Shown here piece by piece: positions 1 to 9,788 of a stretch of DNA of 57,684 nt. The notes beneath the pieces were generated by a model. The model ran no database searches, was not told where the DNA came from, and saw only the letters and a program-made list of their open reading frames with translations. The DNA comes from Paracoccaceae bacterium (GTDB lineage Bacteria > Pseudomonadota > Alphaproteobacteria > Rhodobacterales > Rhodobacteraceae), in the NCBI GenBank assembly GCA_037968535.1, contig JBBKVT010000187.1, positions 1-57,684 on the forward strand. The letters run 5' to 3'. A program made the translations under genes and the position numbers. Each line of letters starts with the position of its first letter. The stretch's first letter is position 1.

Positions 1-138
1 GGCGACGGTCCCTATGATCTGCACGTGAAAATCGCGCCGCCGGATTTTCCGCGCCATGACAAGACAAACGGCAAGCGCTACGCCAAAGAGGTCGAGGTCA
101 CGTTCAAGGGCATCAAGATCAAGACCGGCCGCGGCTGA
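1..138 (+). CDS. 3' end of a CDS entering from the left edge; the tail resembles periplasmic P19/FetP/Tp34-type iron-transport proteins
   Basis: Frame 1 is open from the window edge to TGA 136-138: GDGPYDLHVKIAPPDFPRHDKTNGKRYAKEVEVTFKGIKIKTGRG. The RH-D-x-x-x-G ... F-x-G-I-K pattern is recalled from the P19 family. The fragment is partial and the family call is from memory. Confidence 0.4.
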   Translation, partial: GDGPYDLHVKIAPPDFPRHDKTNGKRYAKEVEVTFKGIKIKTGRG

Positions 139-170
139 CCTCGGCGGGGCACTGCTGCGGCACGTGCGGA

Positions 171-208
171 TGCCTCCGGCGGGGATATTTGCGAACGGAT
201 GAACGGGG
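171..208 (+). repeat. Interspersed repeat, copy A (exact 20-nt core TGCCTCCGGCGGGGATATTT at 171-190)
   Basis: The core is identical to 18668-18687 and 41751-41770. The right flank GCGAACGGATGAACGGGG follows the family pattern ..AAGAC.ATGAA.CGG. It lies just 3' of the left-edge CDS. Confidence 0.85.
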
Positions 209-223
209 CAGACCGCGCCTCTT

Positions 224-257
224 TTATTGTCTTTCAAATATCCCGGTTGGAGTCGGG
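224..257 (-). repeat. Interspersed repeat, copy B (inverted, diverged core)
   Basis: The reverse complement reads GACTCCAACCGGGATATTTGAAAGACAATAA. The right half GATATTTGAAAGACAAT is identical to copy D (41764-41780). It forms a 10-bp inverted repeat (GGGATATTTG / CAAATATCCC) with copy A. Confidence 0.7.
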
Positions 258-267
258 TCAAGAAATG

Positions 268-648
268 TCAGTTGGCGCGGATGACACGCGCCTTTATCAG
301 GCCGAGCCGGCGCGTCAGTTTCGCCGTTTTCAAAGCCTGGACCAGCCGGTCGCTCAGGTTTGCCGATCGCAGCACGTCCGCGAACTCGGATGAAACCGTG
401 AAGCCGCCTCCGGCACGAAAAATATCGGGCTGGCGGCCAAAGGTCTTGTCTGGATACTTGCCATACATTTCCTGCGGAAACCGCTCTCGCGGAAGCGGTT
501 CGCCTGCGTAATTGCGTCGCGCCGTGCCACCGGAAAGCTGGTAATCTTCCAGCGATCTGTCGGAATCGAAGCCTTTGATCAAAGTAGAGTCCCGCGGAAC
601 CTGGCTGACCCAAACACCACCTGTCATCTGCACGACCTCACGTTTCAT
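268..648 (-). CDS. Hypothetical protein (orphan ORF with atypical codon usage)
   Basis: 126 codons from ATG 648 (MKREVVQMTGGVWV...PDIFRAGGGFTVSSEFADVLRSANL...). GC3 is about 60 percent over the first 40 codons, against very high GC3 in neighbouring core genes. I have a weak recollection of a DUF1629/Imm11-like FR..g..VS..f...L motif. It could be a decayed foreign gene or non-coding. Confidence 0.35.
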   Translation of the reverse strand: MKREVVQMTGGVWVSQVPRDSTLIKGFDSDRSLEDYQLSGGTARRNYAGEPLPRERFPQEMYGKYPDKTFGRQPDIFRAGGGFTVSSEFADVLRSANLSDRLVQALKTAKLTRRLGLIKARVIRAN

Positions 649-842
649 GTCGCTGATATTGGACTCGGACGGACATTTCACAGTCAAACCCTTCGGCCTA
701 CCCGCATGTGCCGCCAGCAAAGCCGAACGGGGACGACGGACAGAGTCTCGGCGAGGCTCCGTTTCGCGGAAACCGGGCCGTTCGGGGTTTCCAAATGGTT
801 AACGGAAAATCCCAATGCGTTGCTTTCAAACGCAAAGCCTAT

Positions 843-860
843 CTGTCCACATGTGGACAG
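843..860 (-). terminator. Perfect 18-bp palindrome CTGTCCACATGTGGACAG; likely the pntAB terminator hairpin
   Basis: It is self-complementary. It sits 9 nt downstream of TGA 870-872, the stop of the extended pntB frame. On the minus strand it is followed by AUAGGCUUUGCGUUUG. Confidence 0.5.
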
Positions 861-869
861 ACGGTCGAT

Positions 870-935
870 TCAGTCGATCAAAGGCAGCAGGCTGTCGATC
901 GAGGCCTTGGCATCGCCGTAAAACATCAGGGTGAT
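870..935 (-). other. pntB: In-frame continuation of pntB past TAA 936-938, encoding the canonical PntB C-terminus
   Basis: The minus strand reads ...ENPIIYK-TAA-ITLMFYGDAKASIDSLLPLID-TGA. MFYGDAKAS matches the conserved PntB tail (E. coli ...[22 protein letters not shown], from memory). Confidence 0.8.
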
Positions 936-2243
936 TTACTTGTAAATGATCGGGTTCTCGATGCCGGTATACCCCGTCCCCTGGCCGCGCTTGGACACGA
1001 AGACCTGCTTGGCTTTCCACACCTCCAACACCGGCATGCCCGCGATCGGGCTGTTGGGGTCATCCTGTGCCGCCGGGTTCACGATGTCGTTCGACCCGAT
1101 CACGATGGCCACATCGGTCGACGGGAAATCCGCGTTGATCTCGTCCATCTCCAGCACGATGTCATAGGGCACCCTCGCCTCTGCCAGCAACACGTTCATG
1201 TGCCCCGGCAGTCGACCCGCAACGGGGTGGATCGCGAAACGCACCTCTTTGCCCGCCGCGCGCAGCTTGCGGGTCAGCTCGCTGACCGACTGCTGCGCCT
1301 GCGCCACCGCCATGCCGTAACCCGGGATGATGATCACTGAATCAGCGTCGTTCAGCGCCGCCGCGACCCCTTCGGCGTCGATCGCGATCTGCTCGCCCTC
1401 CACCGCCATCGCCGGGCCGGTGGTGTTGCCGAAACCGCCCAGGATCACGCTGAGGAAATGCCGGTTCATCGCGCGGCACATGATGTAGGACAGGATCGCG
1501 CCCGAAGATCCGACCAGCGCGCCGGTGACGATCAGCAGGTCATTGCCCAAGAGGAACCCGGTCGCCGCCGCCGCCCAGCCGGAATAGCTGTTGAGCATCG
1601 ACACCACCACCGGCATGTCGGCGCCGCCAATCGCCATCACCAGATGCGCGCCCAGCACGAAGGCCAGCAGCGTCATCAGATACAGTGTCCACGACCCCGA
1701 CCCGTTCATATAGCCGACCAGCAGCAACAGCGACAGGCTGACCATCAGGATGTTCCAGACATGCCGTCCCGGCAGGATCAGCGCCTTGCCGCCGATCCGG
1801 CCCGCCAGCTTGCCGTAGGCGATGATCGAGCCGGTGAAGGTCACCGCACCGATGAAGACGCCCAGGAAAACTTCGATCTCGTGGATCACCTCTTCTGCAT
1901 GGGTCGGGAACAGATGCGATGTCAGGTCAGAGTTGAGCCCGATGAACACCGCCGCAAGGCCGACGAAGCTGTGCAGTGCTGCCACCAGCTGCGGCATGCC
2001 GGTCATCTCGACCCGCTGTGCGACTACCGTGCCGAGACCTGCGCCGATGATCAGCACGATGATCAGCAACGGGCCAATCACAACCTGCGGCCCGAGGATC
2101 GTCGCAAAGACCGCCACGGCCATGCCGACGATGCCGTACCAGACGGCGCGCTTGGCTTTTTCCTGATTGGAAAGGCCGCCGAGCGCGAGGATGAAAAGAA
2201 CCGATGCCGCGATGTAAGCGGCGGTTTGGATACCGAATGACAT
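936..2243 (-). CDS. pntB: NAD(P) transhydrogenase subunit beta, ending at a premature in-frame TAA
   Basis: 435 aa, [23 protein letters not shown]... It has multi-TM domain II followed by domain III ([41 protein letters not shown]). See the finding on the stop at 936-938. Confidence 0.95.
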   Translation of the reverse strand: MSFGIQTAAYIAASVLFILALGGLSNQEKAKRAVWYGIVGMAVAVFATILGPQVVIGPLLIIVLIIGAGLGTVVAQRVEMTGMPQLVAALHSFVGLAAVFIGLNSDLTSHLFPTHAEEVIHEIEVFLGVFIGAVTFTGSIIAYGKLAGRIGGKALILPGRHVWNILMVSLSLLLLVGYMNGSGSWTLYLMTLLAFVLGAHLVMAIGGADMPVVVSMLNSYSGWAAAATGFLLGNDLLIVTGALVGSSGAILSYIMCRAMNRHFLSVILGGFGNTTGPAMAVEGEQIAIDAEGVAAALNDADSVIIIPGYGMAVAQAQQSVSELTRKLRAAGKEVRFAIHPVAGRLPGHMNVLLAEARVPYDIVLEMDEINADFPSTDVAIVIGSNDIVNPAAQDDPNSPIAGMPVLEVWKAKQVFVSKRGQGTGYTGIENPIIYK

Positions 2244-2257
2244 GGTCTGCCCCCCGC

Positions 2258-3877
2258 TCAGGATTTCTGGAACATCTGCAACATCCGCCGGGTGACCATG
2301 AAGCCGCCGACGATGTTGATGGTGGCGATCAGCACGGAGATCGCCGCAAGGATCGTGACGATCCAGCCCCCCGACCCGATCTGCAACAGCGCGCCCAGCA
2401 CAATGATGCCGGAGATTGCGTTGGTCACCGACATCAAAGGTGTGTGCAGCGAGTGACTGACCCCCCAGATGACCTGAAAGCCGATGAAGACCGACAACAC
2501 GAAGACGATGAAATGCTGCATGAAACTGGGTGGCGCATAGGCCCCGACAAACAGCATCACCAACGCGCCGACCGCGAGCAGGATGATCTGGCTTTGCGTG
2601 GACTTTCGGAACGCCACGGCCTCGGCGGCCAGCTTTTCCTCACGGGTCATTTCCTTGGCGGCGGGTTTCGGCTTTTGCACCGCAATCGCCTGCACTTTCG
2701 GCGGCGGTGGCGGGAAGGTGATCTTGTCCTTGTAGGTCACCGTCGCGCCCCGGATCACGTCGTCTTCCATGTCGTGATTGATCTTGCCGTTCTTGTCGGG
2801 CGTCAGATCGCTCAGCATGTGCCGCACGTTGTTGGAATAGAGCGTGCTGGCCTGTGCGGCCATCCGGCTGGGAAAATCGGTGTAGCCGACAATGGTCACG
2901 CCATTCTTGGTGACGATCTTCTCGTCGGGCACCGTCAACTCGCAGTTGCCGCCGCGTTCAGCGGCCAGATCGACGATCACCGAGCCGGGCTTCATCATCT
3001 CGACCATGTCCTTGGTCCAGAGCTTCGGCGCCGGGCGTCCGGGGATCAGCGCCGTGGTGATGACGATATCCATGTCGGGCGCAAGTTCGCGGAATTTCTT
3101 CAGCTGCGCCTCGCGGAATTCCGGGCTGGAGGGGGCCGCATAGCCACCTGTCGCGGCACCGTCCTGCGCTGCTTCAGCGAAATCGAGATAGACGAACTCG
3201 GCGCCCATCGACTCGATCTGCTCAGCCACTTCGGGGCGCACGTCGAACGCATAGGTGATTGCGCCCAATGACGTCGAGGTGCCGATCGCGGCAAGCCCCG
3301 CGACGCCAGCGCCGACCACCAGCACCTTGGCCGGCGGCACCTTGCCGGCGGCTGTCACCTGGCCGGTGAAGAACCGGCCGAAATTGTTGCCAGCCTCGAT
3401 GACCGCCCGGTAGCCCGCGATATTGGCCATCGATGACAGCGCGTCCATCTTTTGCGCCCGCGAAATTCGCGGCACCATGTCCATCGCGATGACATTGGCG
3501 CCCTTGTCCTTGGCCAGTTCCATCAGCTTTTCGTTCTGGCCGGGGTAGAAAAAAGAGATCAGCGTCTGGCCCTTGCTCAGTCGCTTCGCCTCTGCCGTCG
3601 AAGGCGGGCGCACCTTGACGACCACATCGGCAGCGTTCCAGAGCGCGGCGGCGGTCTTGACCACCTCGACGCCCGCCGCCTTGTAGGTGGCATCCGAAAA
3701 TCCGGCAGCACTGCCCGCGCCAGTTTCAATCAGGCAATCATAGCCCAGTTTCTGCAACTGAACGGCGCTGTCGGGGGTCATCGCGATCCGCGCTTCGCCC
3801 TCAAATATTTCCTTCGGTGCCCCGATTTTCACGTATCCTGTCCCCTTTGCAGTCGTTTCGACCTTGTGCGCTGACAT
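2258..3877 (-). CDS. pntA: NAD(P) transhydrogenase subunit alpha (fused dI plus the N-terminal dII helices)
   Basis: 539 aa with ...[22 protein letters not shown]..., a [15 protein letters not shown] Rossmann motif and C-terminal TM helices. It lies immediately upstream of pntB. An alternative GTG start at 3832 (VKIGAPKE) follows AAGGGGA. Confidence 0.95.
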   Translation of the reverse strand: MSAHKVETTAKGTGYVKIGAPKEIFEGEARIAMTPDSAVQLQKLGYDCLIETGAGSAAGFSDATYKAAGVEVVKTAAALWNAADVVVKVRPPSTAEAKRLSKGQTLISFFYPGQNEKLMELAKDKGANVIAMDMVPRISRAQKMDALSSMANIAGYRAVIEAGNNFGRFFTGQVTAAGKVPPAKVLVVGAGVAGLAAIGTSTSLGAITYAFDVRPEVAEQIESMGAEFVYLDFAEAAQDGAATGGYAAPSSPEFREAQLKKFRELAPDMDIVITTALIPGRPAPKLWTKDMVEMMKPGSVIVDLAAERGGNCELTVPDEKIVTKNGVTIVGYTDFPSRMAAQASTLYSNNVRHMLSDLTPDKNGKINHDMEDDVIRGATVTYKDKITFPPPPPKVQAIAVQKPKPAAKEMTREEKLAAEAVAFRKSTQSQIILLAVGALVMLFVGAYAPPSFMQHFIVFVLSVFIGFQVIWGVSHSLHTPLMSVTNAISGIIVLGALLQIGSGGWIVTILAAISVLIATINIVGGFMVTRRMLQMFQKS

Positions 3878-3935
3878 CTTGTATAACCCAGCCGGAACGC
3901 GTCACAAGGCAATGAAACGCATTGTTTGCGCAAAC

Positions 3936-4382
3936 TTACAGCCATCGCCGGGTGCTGTCACACCAATCGGCGAAATCCCCGCCGAAACCGGCACGCAATC
4001 GCTTCTCTTCGGGGCGGATGAAGCGCTGGGTGATCAGCCAGAGGAACACCGGAATCAGTGGCAGCGCCAGCACGGCGCCCCACCACAGGATCGCTCCGGT
4101 CAGGATCAGCGCATCGCCCAGATAGATCGGATTGCGGCTGAACCGGAATACGCCTTTTGTCACCAGCGCCGCGGGCTGGCGATGCGGAATGATTGTGGTG
4201 CGTGCCCGGCGCATCTGAATGACCGCCAGCAGCATCAGCACCAACCCGGTCCCGATCAACGTCCGACCAGTGACGCGCAGCCAACCTGACTCGGCTGTCA
4301 GACCCGGGAACCAATGCCCAATTGCCCAGCCCAAGGCCATGAACCCGGCCAGCCAGATCGGCGGCAGATCAAGCCATTTCAT
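3936..4382 (-). CDS. Isoprenylcysteine carboxyl / phospholipid methyltransferase-family membrane protein
   Basis: 148 aa with 4 TM segments. It carries the GVFRFSRNPIYLGDALILTG and RPEEKRL motifs typical of the ICMT/PEMT family. Confidence 0.8.
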   Translation of the reverse strand: MKWLDLPPIWLAGFMALGWAIGHWFPGLTAESGWLRVTGRTLIGTGLVLMLLAVIQMRRARTTIIPHRQPAALVTKGVFRFSRNPIYLGDALILTGAILWWGAVLALPLIPVFLWLITQRFIRPEEKRLRAGFGGDFADWCDSTRRWL

Positions 4383-4499
4383 GCAAAGCCTCCCGCTTCG
4401 GATTCCGTCATATTCATCAAAACGAATATTATCGCATTGTGCAACCCCTTGCAGCCACGGGGCACCCGCGTCACTCTGGCACGCGAGCGGAGGAAAGCC

Positions 4500-5264
4500 A
4501 TGTCTCAGTCACTTCAAGGCCGCCACGCCGTTGTCACCGGCGGCGGCACCGGCATCGGGCTTGCCATTGCAGAAGCGCTAGCAGAGGCCGGGGCCGAGGT
4601 CACCATCACCGGCCGCCGCGCCGAGGTGCTGGAGGACGCAGCCAAGTCGCAGCCCCGCCTCTATCCACTTGTTATGGACGTCGCGGATGAGGCCAGCGTC
4701 GTCACCGGCATCGAGGCCGCCGTCGCCGCGCACGGGCCGGTCACCATCTGCATCGCCAATGCGGGCATCGCCGAGGGCCGGTCGTTGTTGAAATCCGACA
4801 TGGCGTTCTGGCGCAATATCATGGCGACCAACCTTGACGGAGCCTACCTGACGATCCGCGAATGCCTGACGACGATGCGGGATCAGGACTGGGGCAGGGT
4901 CATCGCGATCTCGTCGATCGCCGGGGTCCGCGGGTTGAAGGGCGCACCCGCCTATACCGCGTCCAAACACGGGCTGATTGGCCTGATCCGCGGCTTGTCC
5001 GAAGATTTCATCGGCTCGCCCATCACCTTCAACGCGCTCTGCCCCGGCTATGTCGACACCGCCATCGTCGAGCGCAACGTCGCCGCCATCTCGGCCCGCG
5101 CCGGGGTCAGCCCCGAGGACGCGCTGCAACTGATGGTCAGCGCAAACCGCCACAAACGCCTGATCGCCCCGTCCGAGGTCGCCGCCGCCGCACTTTGGCT
5201 TTGCAATCCAGGATCCGAAAGCGTTAACGGCCAGACAATCGAAATCGCCGGCGGCCAGATGTAG
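4500..5264 (+). CDS. SDR-family oxidoreductase
   Basis: ATG 4500 follows GGAGGAAAG. Sequence MSQSLQGRHAVVTGGGTGIGLAIA (TGxxxGIG), a NAGI motif, and catalytic Y-x-x-x-K (YTASKHG). The upstream part of the listed ORF (4314-) has no support. Confidence 0.9.
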   Translation: MSQSLQGRHAVVTGGGTGIGLAIAEALAEAGAEVTITGRRAEVLEDAAKSQPRLYPLVMDVADEASVVTGIEAAVAAHGPVTICIANAGIAEGRSLLKSDMAFWRNIMATNLDGAYLTIRECLTTMRDQDWGRVIAISSIAGVRGLKGAPAYTASKHGLIGLIRGLSEDFIGSPITFNALCPGYVDTAIVERNVAAISARAGVSPEDALQLMVSANRHKRLIAPSEVAAAALWLCNPGSESVNGQTIEIAGGQM

Positions 5265-5299
5265 AACCCAAGACGCAACAGACCCAAAGGCAGATCGCC

Positions 5300-6490
5300 A
5301 TGGACTTTTCGCTAACCAAATCGCTTTTTCACATCCCGCAAGGCACTGTCTACCTTGACGGCAACTCGCTCGGCCCCCTACCCAAGGCCGCCGCCGCCCG
5401 CGTGGCGCAGGCAATCACCGACGAATGGGGCGAGATGCTGATCACCGGCTGGAACAGGGCCGGCTGGATGGCGCAGCCTGCACTTCTGGGCGACCGGATC
5501 GGCCGCCTGATCGGCGCTCCTCAAGGCACCGTGGTGCTGGGCGATACGCTGTCTATCAAGGTATACCAGGCCCTCGCCTCGGCGCTTGAAATGCGACCGG
5601 ACCGCAAGGTAATCCTTAGCGATTCCGGTAACTTCCCGTCCGACCTTTACATGGCCGACGGGCTCATCCGCTCGCTCGGCCAAGGCCACGAGTTGCGCGT
5701 CGTCGCCCCCGAAGAGGTCGCGGACAGCATCACCGATGATATCGCCGTGACGATGCTTACCGAGGTCGATTACCGCACCGGGCGGCTGCATGACATGGCG
5801 GCGCTGACCGCCAGGGCCCACGCCGCCGGCGCGCTGGCACTGTGGGATCTGGCGCATTCCGCCGGCGCGCTGCCGATCGATGTGACCGCAACCCGCGCCG
5901 ATTTCGCGGTCGGCTGCACCTACAAATATCTCAACTCCGGCCCCGGCGGCCCGGCCTTCATCTACGTCGCCCCCGCGCATGCCGACACCGTCCGCCCCGC
6001 CCTTTCCGGCTGGCTCGGTCACGAAGCACCGTTCGCGTTCGACCCCGACTACCGCCCCGGCAAAGGCATCGAGCGGATGCGCGTCGGCACCCCACCGGTG
6101 TTGCAAATGGCAGCGCTCGAGGCGTCGCTCGACATCTGGGACCGCGCCGACATGGCCGAGGTGCGCAAGAAATCCATCGAGTTGACCCAGCTGTTCATCA
6201 AGCTGGTCGAAGCCGCCTGCCCCGGTCTCACGCTCGCCTCTCCGCGCGACCCCGCCCAGCGCGGCTCGCAGGTGTCGTTCCGCTTCCCGCAAGGTTACGC
6301 GGTGATGCAGGCGCTGATCGCGCGCGGCGTCATCGGCGATTTCCGCGCCCCCGACACCATGCGCTTTGGCTTCACGCCGCTTTACATCGACGAGGGCGAC
6401 GTGCGCGAAGGCGTACGGATCCTGGCGGATGTGATCCAGAACCGCCTCTGGGACCGCCCGGAATACCAAACCCGCGCCCGGGTGACATGA
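5300..6490 (+). CDS. kynU: Kynureninase
   Basis: 396 aa, ...[12 protein letters not shown]..., [20 protein letters not shown] (PLP lysine motif). It is adjacent to kynA. Confidence 0.9.
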   Translation: MDFSLTKSLFHIPQGTVYLDGNSLGPLPKAAAARVAQAITDEWGEMLITGWNRAGWMAQPALLGDRIGRLIGAPQGTVVLGDTLSIKVYQALASALEMRPDRKVILSDSGNFPSDLYMADGLIRSLGQGHELRVVAPEEVADSITDDIAVTMLTEVDYRTGRLHDMAALTARAHAAGALALWDLAHSAGALPIDVTATRADFAVGCTYKYLNSGPGGPAFIYVAPAHADTVRPALSGWLGHEAPFAFDPDYRPGKGIERMRVGTPPVLQMAALEASLDIWDRADMAEVRKKSIELTQLFIKLVEAACPGLTLASPRDPAQRGSQVSFRFPQGYAVMQALIARGVIGDFRAPDTMRFGFTPLYIDEGDVREGVRILADVIQNRLWDRPEYQTRARVT

Positions 6491-6497
6491 GGACACC

Positions 6498-7334
6498 ATG
6501 ACCGAACCTTACAACCCCGCCAGCGAAGGCGCCGAGATGTCGTTTGACGGGCGAATGTCCTATTCCGACTACCTGTCGCTCGACGCGATCCTGACCGCAC
6601 AGCATCCCCGCTCGGATGCCCATGACGAGATGCTGTTCATCATTCAGCACCAGACCTCGGAACTTTGGATGCGGCTGGCGATCCACGAACTCGACGCCGC
6701 CCGCGCCGCCCTGGCCGAAGGTCGGTTGCGGCCCGCCTTCAAGATGCTGGCGCGGGTGGCGCGGATTTTCGAGCAACTCAATAACGCCTGGGATGTCCTG
6801 CGCACCATGACGCCGTCGGAGTATACGGAATTCCGGCCCAGTCTCGGACAGTCGTCGGGCTTTCAAAGCTGGCAATACCGGCTGATCGAATTCATCGTCG
6901 GCAACCGCAATGCCGCAATGCTGAAACCGCATGAGCACCGACCCGAGATTCTGGCCAAGCTGACCGCCGAACTGGCGCAGCCGAGCCTGTATGATCTGGC
7001 CCTGCGCGCACTCGACAGTGCAGGCCTCGCCGTGCCGAAAGCCGTGCTGTCGCGCGATCTGTCGGAGCCTTACGGTGCGGATCCGGACGTGATGGCGGCT
7101 TGGATCAAGGTCTATAAAGACCCCGCAACGCACTGGGAACTTTACGAACTTGCCGAGAAGCTGATGGATTTTGAGGATTACTTTCGGCGCTGGCGTTTTA
7201 ATCACGTCACCACGGTCGAACGCGTCATCGGCTTCAAGCGCGGCACCGGCGGGACCAGCGGCACCGCCTATCTGCGCCGGATGCTGGATGTCGAGATCTT
7301 CCCCGAGCTTTGGCACCTTCGCACCGATCTTTAA
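6498..7334 (+). CDS. kynA: Tryptophan 2,3-dioxygenase
   Basis: 278 aa, [17 protein letters not shown]...[16 protein letters not shown]...[17 protein letters not shown]...[11 protein letters not shown]. These are canonical TDO motifs. Confidence 0.92.
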   Translation: MTEPYNPASEGAEMSFDGRMSYSDYLSLDAILTAQHPRSDAHDEMLFIIQHQTSELWMRLAIHELDAARAALAEGRLRPAFKMLARVARIFEQLNNAWDVLRTMTPSEYTEFRPSLGQSSGFQSWQYRLIEFIVGNRNAAMLKPHEHRPEILAKLTAELAQPSLYDLALRALDSAGLAVPKAVLSRDLSEPYGADPDVMAAWIKVYKDPATHWELYELAEKLMDFEDYFRRWRFNHVTTVERVIGFKRGTGGTSGTAYLRRMLDVEIFPELWHLRTDL

Positions 7335-7400
7335 AGCGTGATGACGAGACTCGGGTCAAGACTACACGATCCCACTGCACGACTGGTCGCCAAGGGGTGA

Positions 7401-7640
7401 GCGCCAGATCGGCGGCGTTCCTCGATCCGCATGGCCGGAGCACATCTGCTGTTCCTGAACACCGACTGCCCCGGTTTTAATCTGATCGGACCGGTTTTTG
7501 CCAAGCTCAAACACTTGCTGCTAAAGGCGGCGGAACGCACCATCGAGGCGACGTGGAGACGGATCGGCAAACTGCTTGACCAGATCACAACGACAGAATG
7601 CACGGAAAGGGATTGCGCAGTGGCTGCGCCACGACGCGGT
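7401..7640 (+). mobile_element. IS630-family transposase, decayed 3' fragment (pseudogene)
   Basis: ...IRMAGAHLLFLNTDCPGFNLIGPVFAKLKHLLLKAAERTIEATWRRIGKLLDQITTTEC... aligns with the IS630 C-terminus (GA.[34 protein letters not shown].LL...P.EC). The catalytic NPIE is degraded to NLIG. Only about 80 of about 340 codons remain. The rest of the listed ORF 7431-8435 is antisense to lolD. Confidence 0.75.
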
Positions 7641-7680
7641 GCCTTCGGCGAGGATATTTTAATCAAGAAGAAGCGACGGG
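7640..7680 (+). repeat. Interspersed repeat, copy E (core 18/20: TGCCTTCGGCGAGGATATTT)
   Basis: The left flank ACGCGG is shared with copy D. It starts where the IS630 remnant ends and lies 20 nt before the lolD stop (7701-7703). Confidence 0.75.
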
Positions 7681-7700
7681 AGGCTGACCTTGGCATTCGA

Positions 7701-8378
7701 TCAACCGAGCCGTCCGCCCTCCATCTTCACAGTGCGATCCATGCGGGCGGCAAGCGCGAGGTTATGGGTGGCGATCAGGGCGGAAAGCCCGGTGTCTCGA
7801 ACCAGGTCCATCAGCGTCGCGAAGACCTGGTCGGACGTATCGGGATCGAGGTTGCCGGTCGGCTCGTCCGCCAGAAGCAACTTTGGCTTGTTGGCGAGTG
7901 CGCGGCAGAACGCGACCCGCTGTTGCTCGCCACCGGAAAGTTCTGCCGGGCGGTGATCGGCGCGGTTGCCGATGCCGACACGGGTCAGAAGGTCTTGAGC
8001 GCGGGCTCGGGCCTCGCGTTCGGGCACGGCATTGGCAAGCTGCGGCAGGACGATATTTTCCAGCGCGCTGAATTCCGGCAAGAGGTGGTGAAATTGGTAG
8101 ATGAAGCCCACGTCCTCGCGCCGTGCTCGTGTGCGCTGACGATCCGCAAGTCCGGTCATGTCGATGCCGTTGAGCGTGACCGTGCCAGCGTCAGCGGTAT
8201 CAAGCAGGCCCGCGATATGCAGCAACGTGGATTTCCCGGCGCCGGAGGGGGCAACGAGCGCGACGACTTCACCCTTCGCAATTGCGAGAGTGGCGCCGCG
8301 CAGCACTGCGACTTCCGCGGGCTTGTTCTTGTTGTAGGCTTTTTCAATGCCTTGGAGGTCGAGGATGATGTCACTCAT
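7701..8378 (-). CDS. lolD: Lipoprotein-releasing ABC transporter ATP-binding protein
   Basis: 225 aa with Walker [32 protein letters not shown]. It overlaps the upstream permease gene by 8 nt. Confidence 0.93.
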   Translation of the reverse strand: MSDIILDLQGIEKAYNKNKPAEVAVLRGATLAIAKGEVVALVAPSGAGKSTLLHIAGLLDTADAGTVTLNGIDMTGLADRQRTRARREDVGFIYQFHHLLPEFSALENIVLPQLANAVPEREARARAQDLLTRVGIGNRADHRPAELSGGEQQRVAFCRALANKPKLLLADEPTGNLDPDTSDQVFATLMDLVRDTGLSALIATHNLALAARMDRTVKMEGGRLG

Positions 8379-9657
8379 AGCGCAAAGCCTCGACCGGATT
8401 CATCCGCGCCGCGCGGCGGGCCGGGAAAATGGTGACGAGGAACGAGAGGCCAAGGGAAAGGACAACTGCCGCGAAAACATCACCCGGCACCAGCTTGGCC
8501 GGCAGATTGTAGATGCCGCGGATCGACGGATCCCAGACCCCTCCGCCCGCGGCATAGTTCACGAAGGAGAATATCGGATCGATGTAGATGGCGAAAAGGC
8601 AGCCCAGAAGAACACCGAAGACCGTGCCCAGAACCCCGACAACAGCGCCACAGATGAAAAACACCCGCAACACAGAACCCTCCGTCAGGCCCATCGTGCG
8701 CAGGATGCCGATGTCGCGGCCCTTGTTCTTGACCAGCATGATCAGCCCCGAAATGATATTCATCGCGGCGATCAGCACCAGCACGCCCATGATCACGAAC
8801 ATCACGTTGTCCTCAATCTGAAGTGCCCGCAGAAAGCTGCCGGAGCGATCCTTCCAGGTCCATAGAAGCGTATGCGGACCGCCGGCATTCAAGAATTCGA
8901 CGCTGCGCCGGTCGATGGTTTCCGGGTCATCGACCATGACCTCAATCTCGTCCGCCACGCCCTCGCGGTTGAAAAAGCTCTGGGCCTCGACGAACGGCAA
9001 ATAGACGCGGGTGCGGTCGATGTCATAGCGGCCGGCAGTGAAAATGTAGACGACCTGGTAGACGTTCACCCGCGGGCTGGTGCCGAAAGCGGTTTTCACG
9101 CCGTTGGGCGAGATCAGCTTGATCTTGTCGTCCAGACCGACGCCAAGCGCTTGGGCCACACCCGATCCAATGGCGATACCGCGATCAAGTTGGTGGATGT
9201 CGCCCTGGGACTGCTGGGCATTGGCGACGCGCGGAATGCCAAGAATGTCCTCGGTCGAAATTCCGTATACATCGACGCCGGTGGTGTTTTCGCGATTGTT
9301 GGCCATTACCTGGCCCCGGATTAGCGGGGCGACGTGGGTAACACCGGGCAGCGCCTTCAGCCTTTCAGCGGTTTCGGTGTAGTCAGGCATGACATTGGTT
9401 GTCTGGCCGGTGTCGGTTTCATAGACCGAATTGTAAAGCGAGATATGGGCGTTGGCGCCCAGGATCGTGTCGACGAATTCGGCCCGGAAGCCGGCGCGGA
9501 CGGCCATCACGGCGATCAGGGCAAAGACCGCCAGCATGATACCAAGAAACGAGATCCAGGTCATCACGCTGACCCCGCCCTCGGCGCGACGGGCGCGCAG
9601 GTAGCGCCAGGCGATCATCCATTCAAAGCGCGAAAAGGGGGCGGTGCTGCGGGCCAT
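8371..9657 (-). CDS. Lipoprotein-releasing system transmembrane permease (LolC/LolE family)
   Basis: 428 aa, MacB-like: N-terminal TM, a large periplasmic domain and a C-terminal FtsX 3-TM block (..[14 protein letters not shown]). Confidence 0.92.
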   Translation of the reverse strand: MARSTAPFSRFEWMIAWRYLRARRAEGGVSVMTWISFLGIMLAVFALIAVMAVRAGFRAEFVDTILGANAHISLYNSVYETDTGQTTNVMPDYTETAERLKALPGVTHVAPLIRGQVMANNRENTTGVDVYGISTEDILGIPRVANAQQSQGDIHQLDRGIAIGSGVAQALGVGLDDKIKLISPNGVKTAFGTSPRVNVYQVVYIFTAGRYDIDRTRVYLPFVEAQSFFNREGVADEIEVMVDDPETIDRRSVEFLNAGGPHTLLWTWKDRSGSFLRALQIEDNVMFVIMGVLVLIAAMNIISGLIMLVKNKGRDIGILRTMGLTEGSVLRVFFICGAVVGVLGTVFGVLLGCLFAIYIDPIFSFVNYAAGGGVWDPSIRGIYNLPAKLVPGDVFAAVVLSLGLSFLVTIFPARRAARMNPVEALRYE

Positions 9658-9747
9658 GTCTGCCTCTTGGTGACTGCCGGCGCATTTGCGCTGAACCGGA
9701 GCGGGGGGTCAAGCTGGACGACCGCCAAACCGGTGGCAATTGGCAGC

Positions 9748-9788
9748 GGTCGCTTGCGGGAATATTTTTTTTCGACAGATGGTGCGGA
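9748..9788 (+). repeat. Interspersed repeat, copy F (degenerate)
   Basis: GGTCGCTTGCGGGAATATTTTTTTTCGACAGATGGTGCGGA compared with copy D GGTGCCTCCGGCGGGGATATTTGAAAGACAATGAAAGCCGGA. It ends exactly at the ThuA stop codon (9789-9791), as copies C and D do with their neighbours. Confidence 0.5.

Noticed and set aside
708-3271. Long + strand ORFs (708-1340, 1458-2240, 2204-3271) opposite pntB/pntA. The same pattern recurs window-wide, for example 5378-6499(-), 6372-7316(-), 10783-11895(+), 13397-14368(-), 15360-16442(-), 16349-17791(-), 26694-28052(+), 29387-30382(+), 31450-32355(-), 35727-36482(-), 36548-37957(-), 45112-46443(+), 46946-47758(+) and 47708-48661(-).
   Set aside because: They are Arg/Gly/Pro/His-rich translations with no recognisable motifs. 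Each lies antisense to a gene with clear family signatures. These are typical shadow ORFs of high-GC DNA.
4500-7334. The SDR-kynU-kynA block as an incomplete kynurenine pathway (no kynurenine formamidase gene in the window).
   Set aside because: kynB is frequently unlinked, and its absence from a 57-kb window says nothing about the genome. This is not an anomaly.
7690-8435. The remainder of the 334-aa ORF 7431-8435 beyond the IS630-like segment.
   Set aside because: Only the first ~70 codons or so resemble a transposase. The rest is antisense to lolD and has no similarity to anything I recognise.
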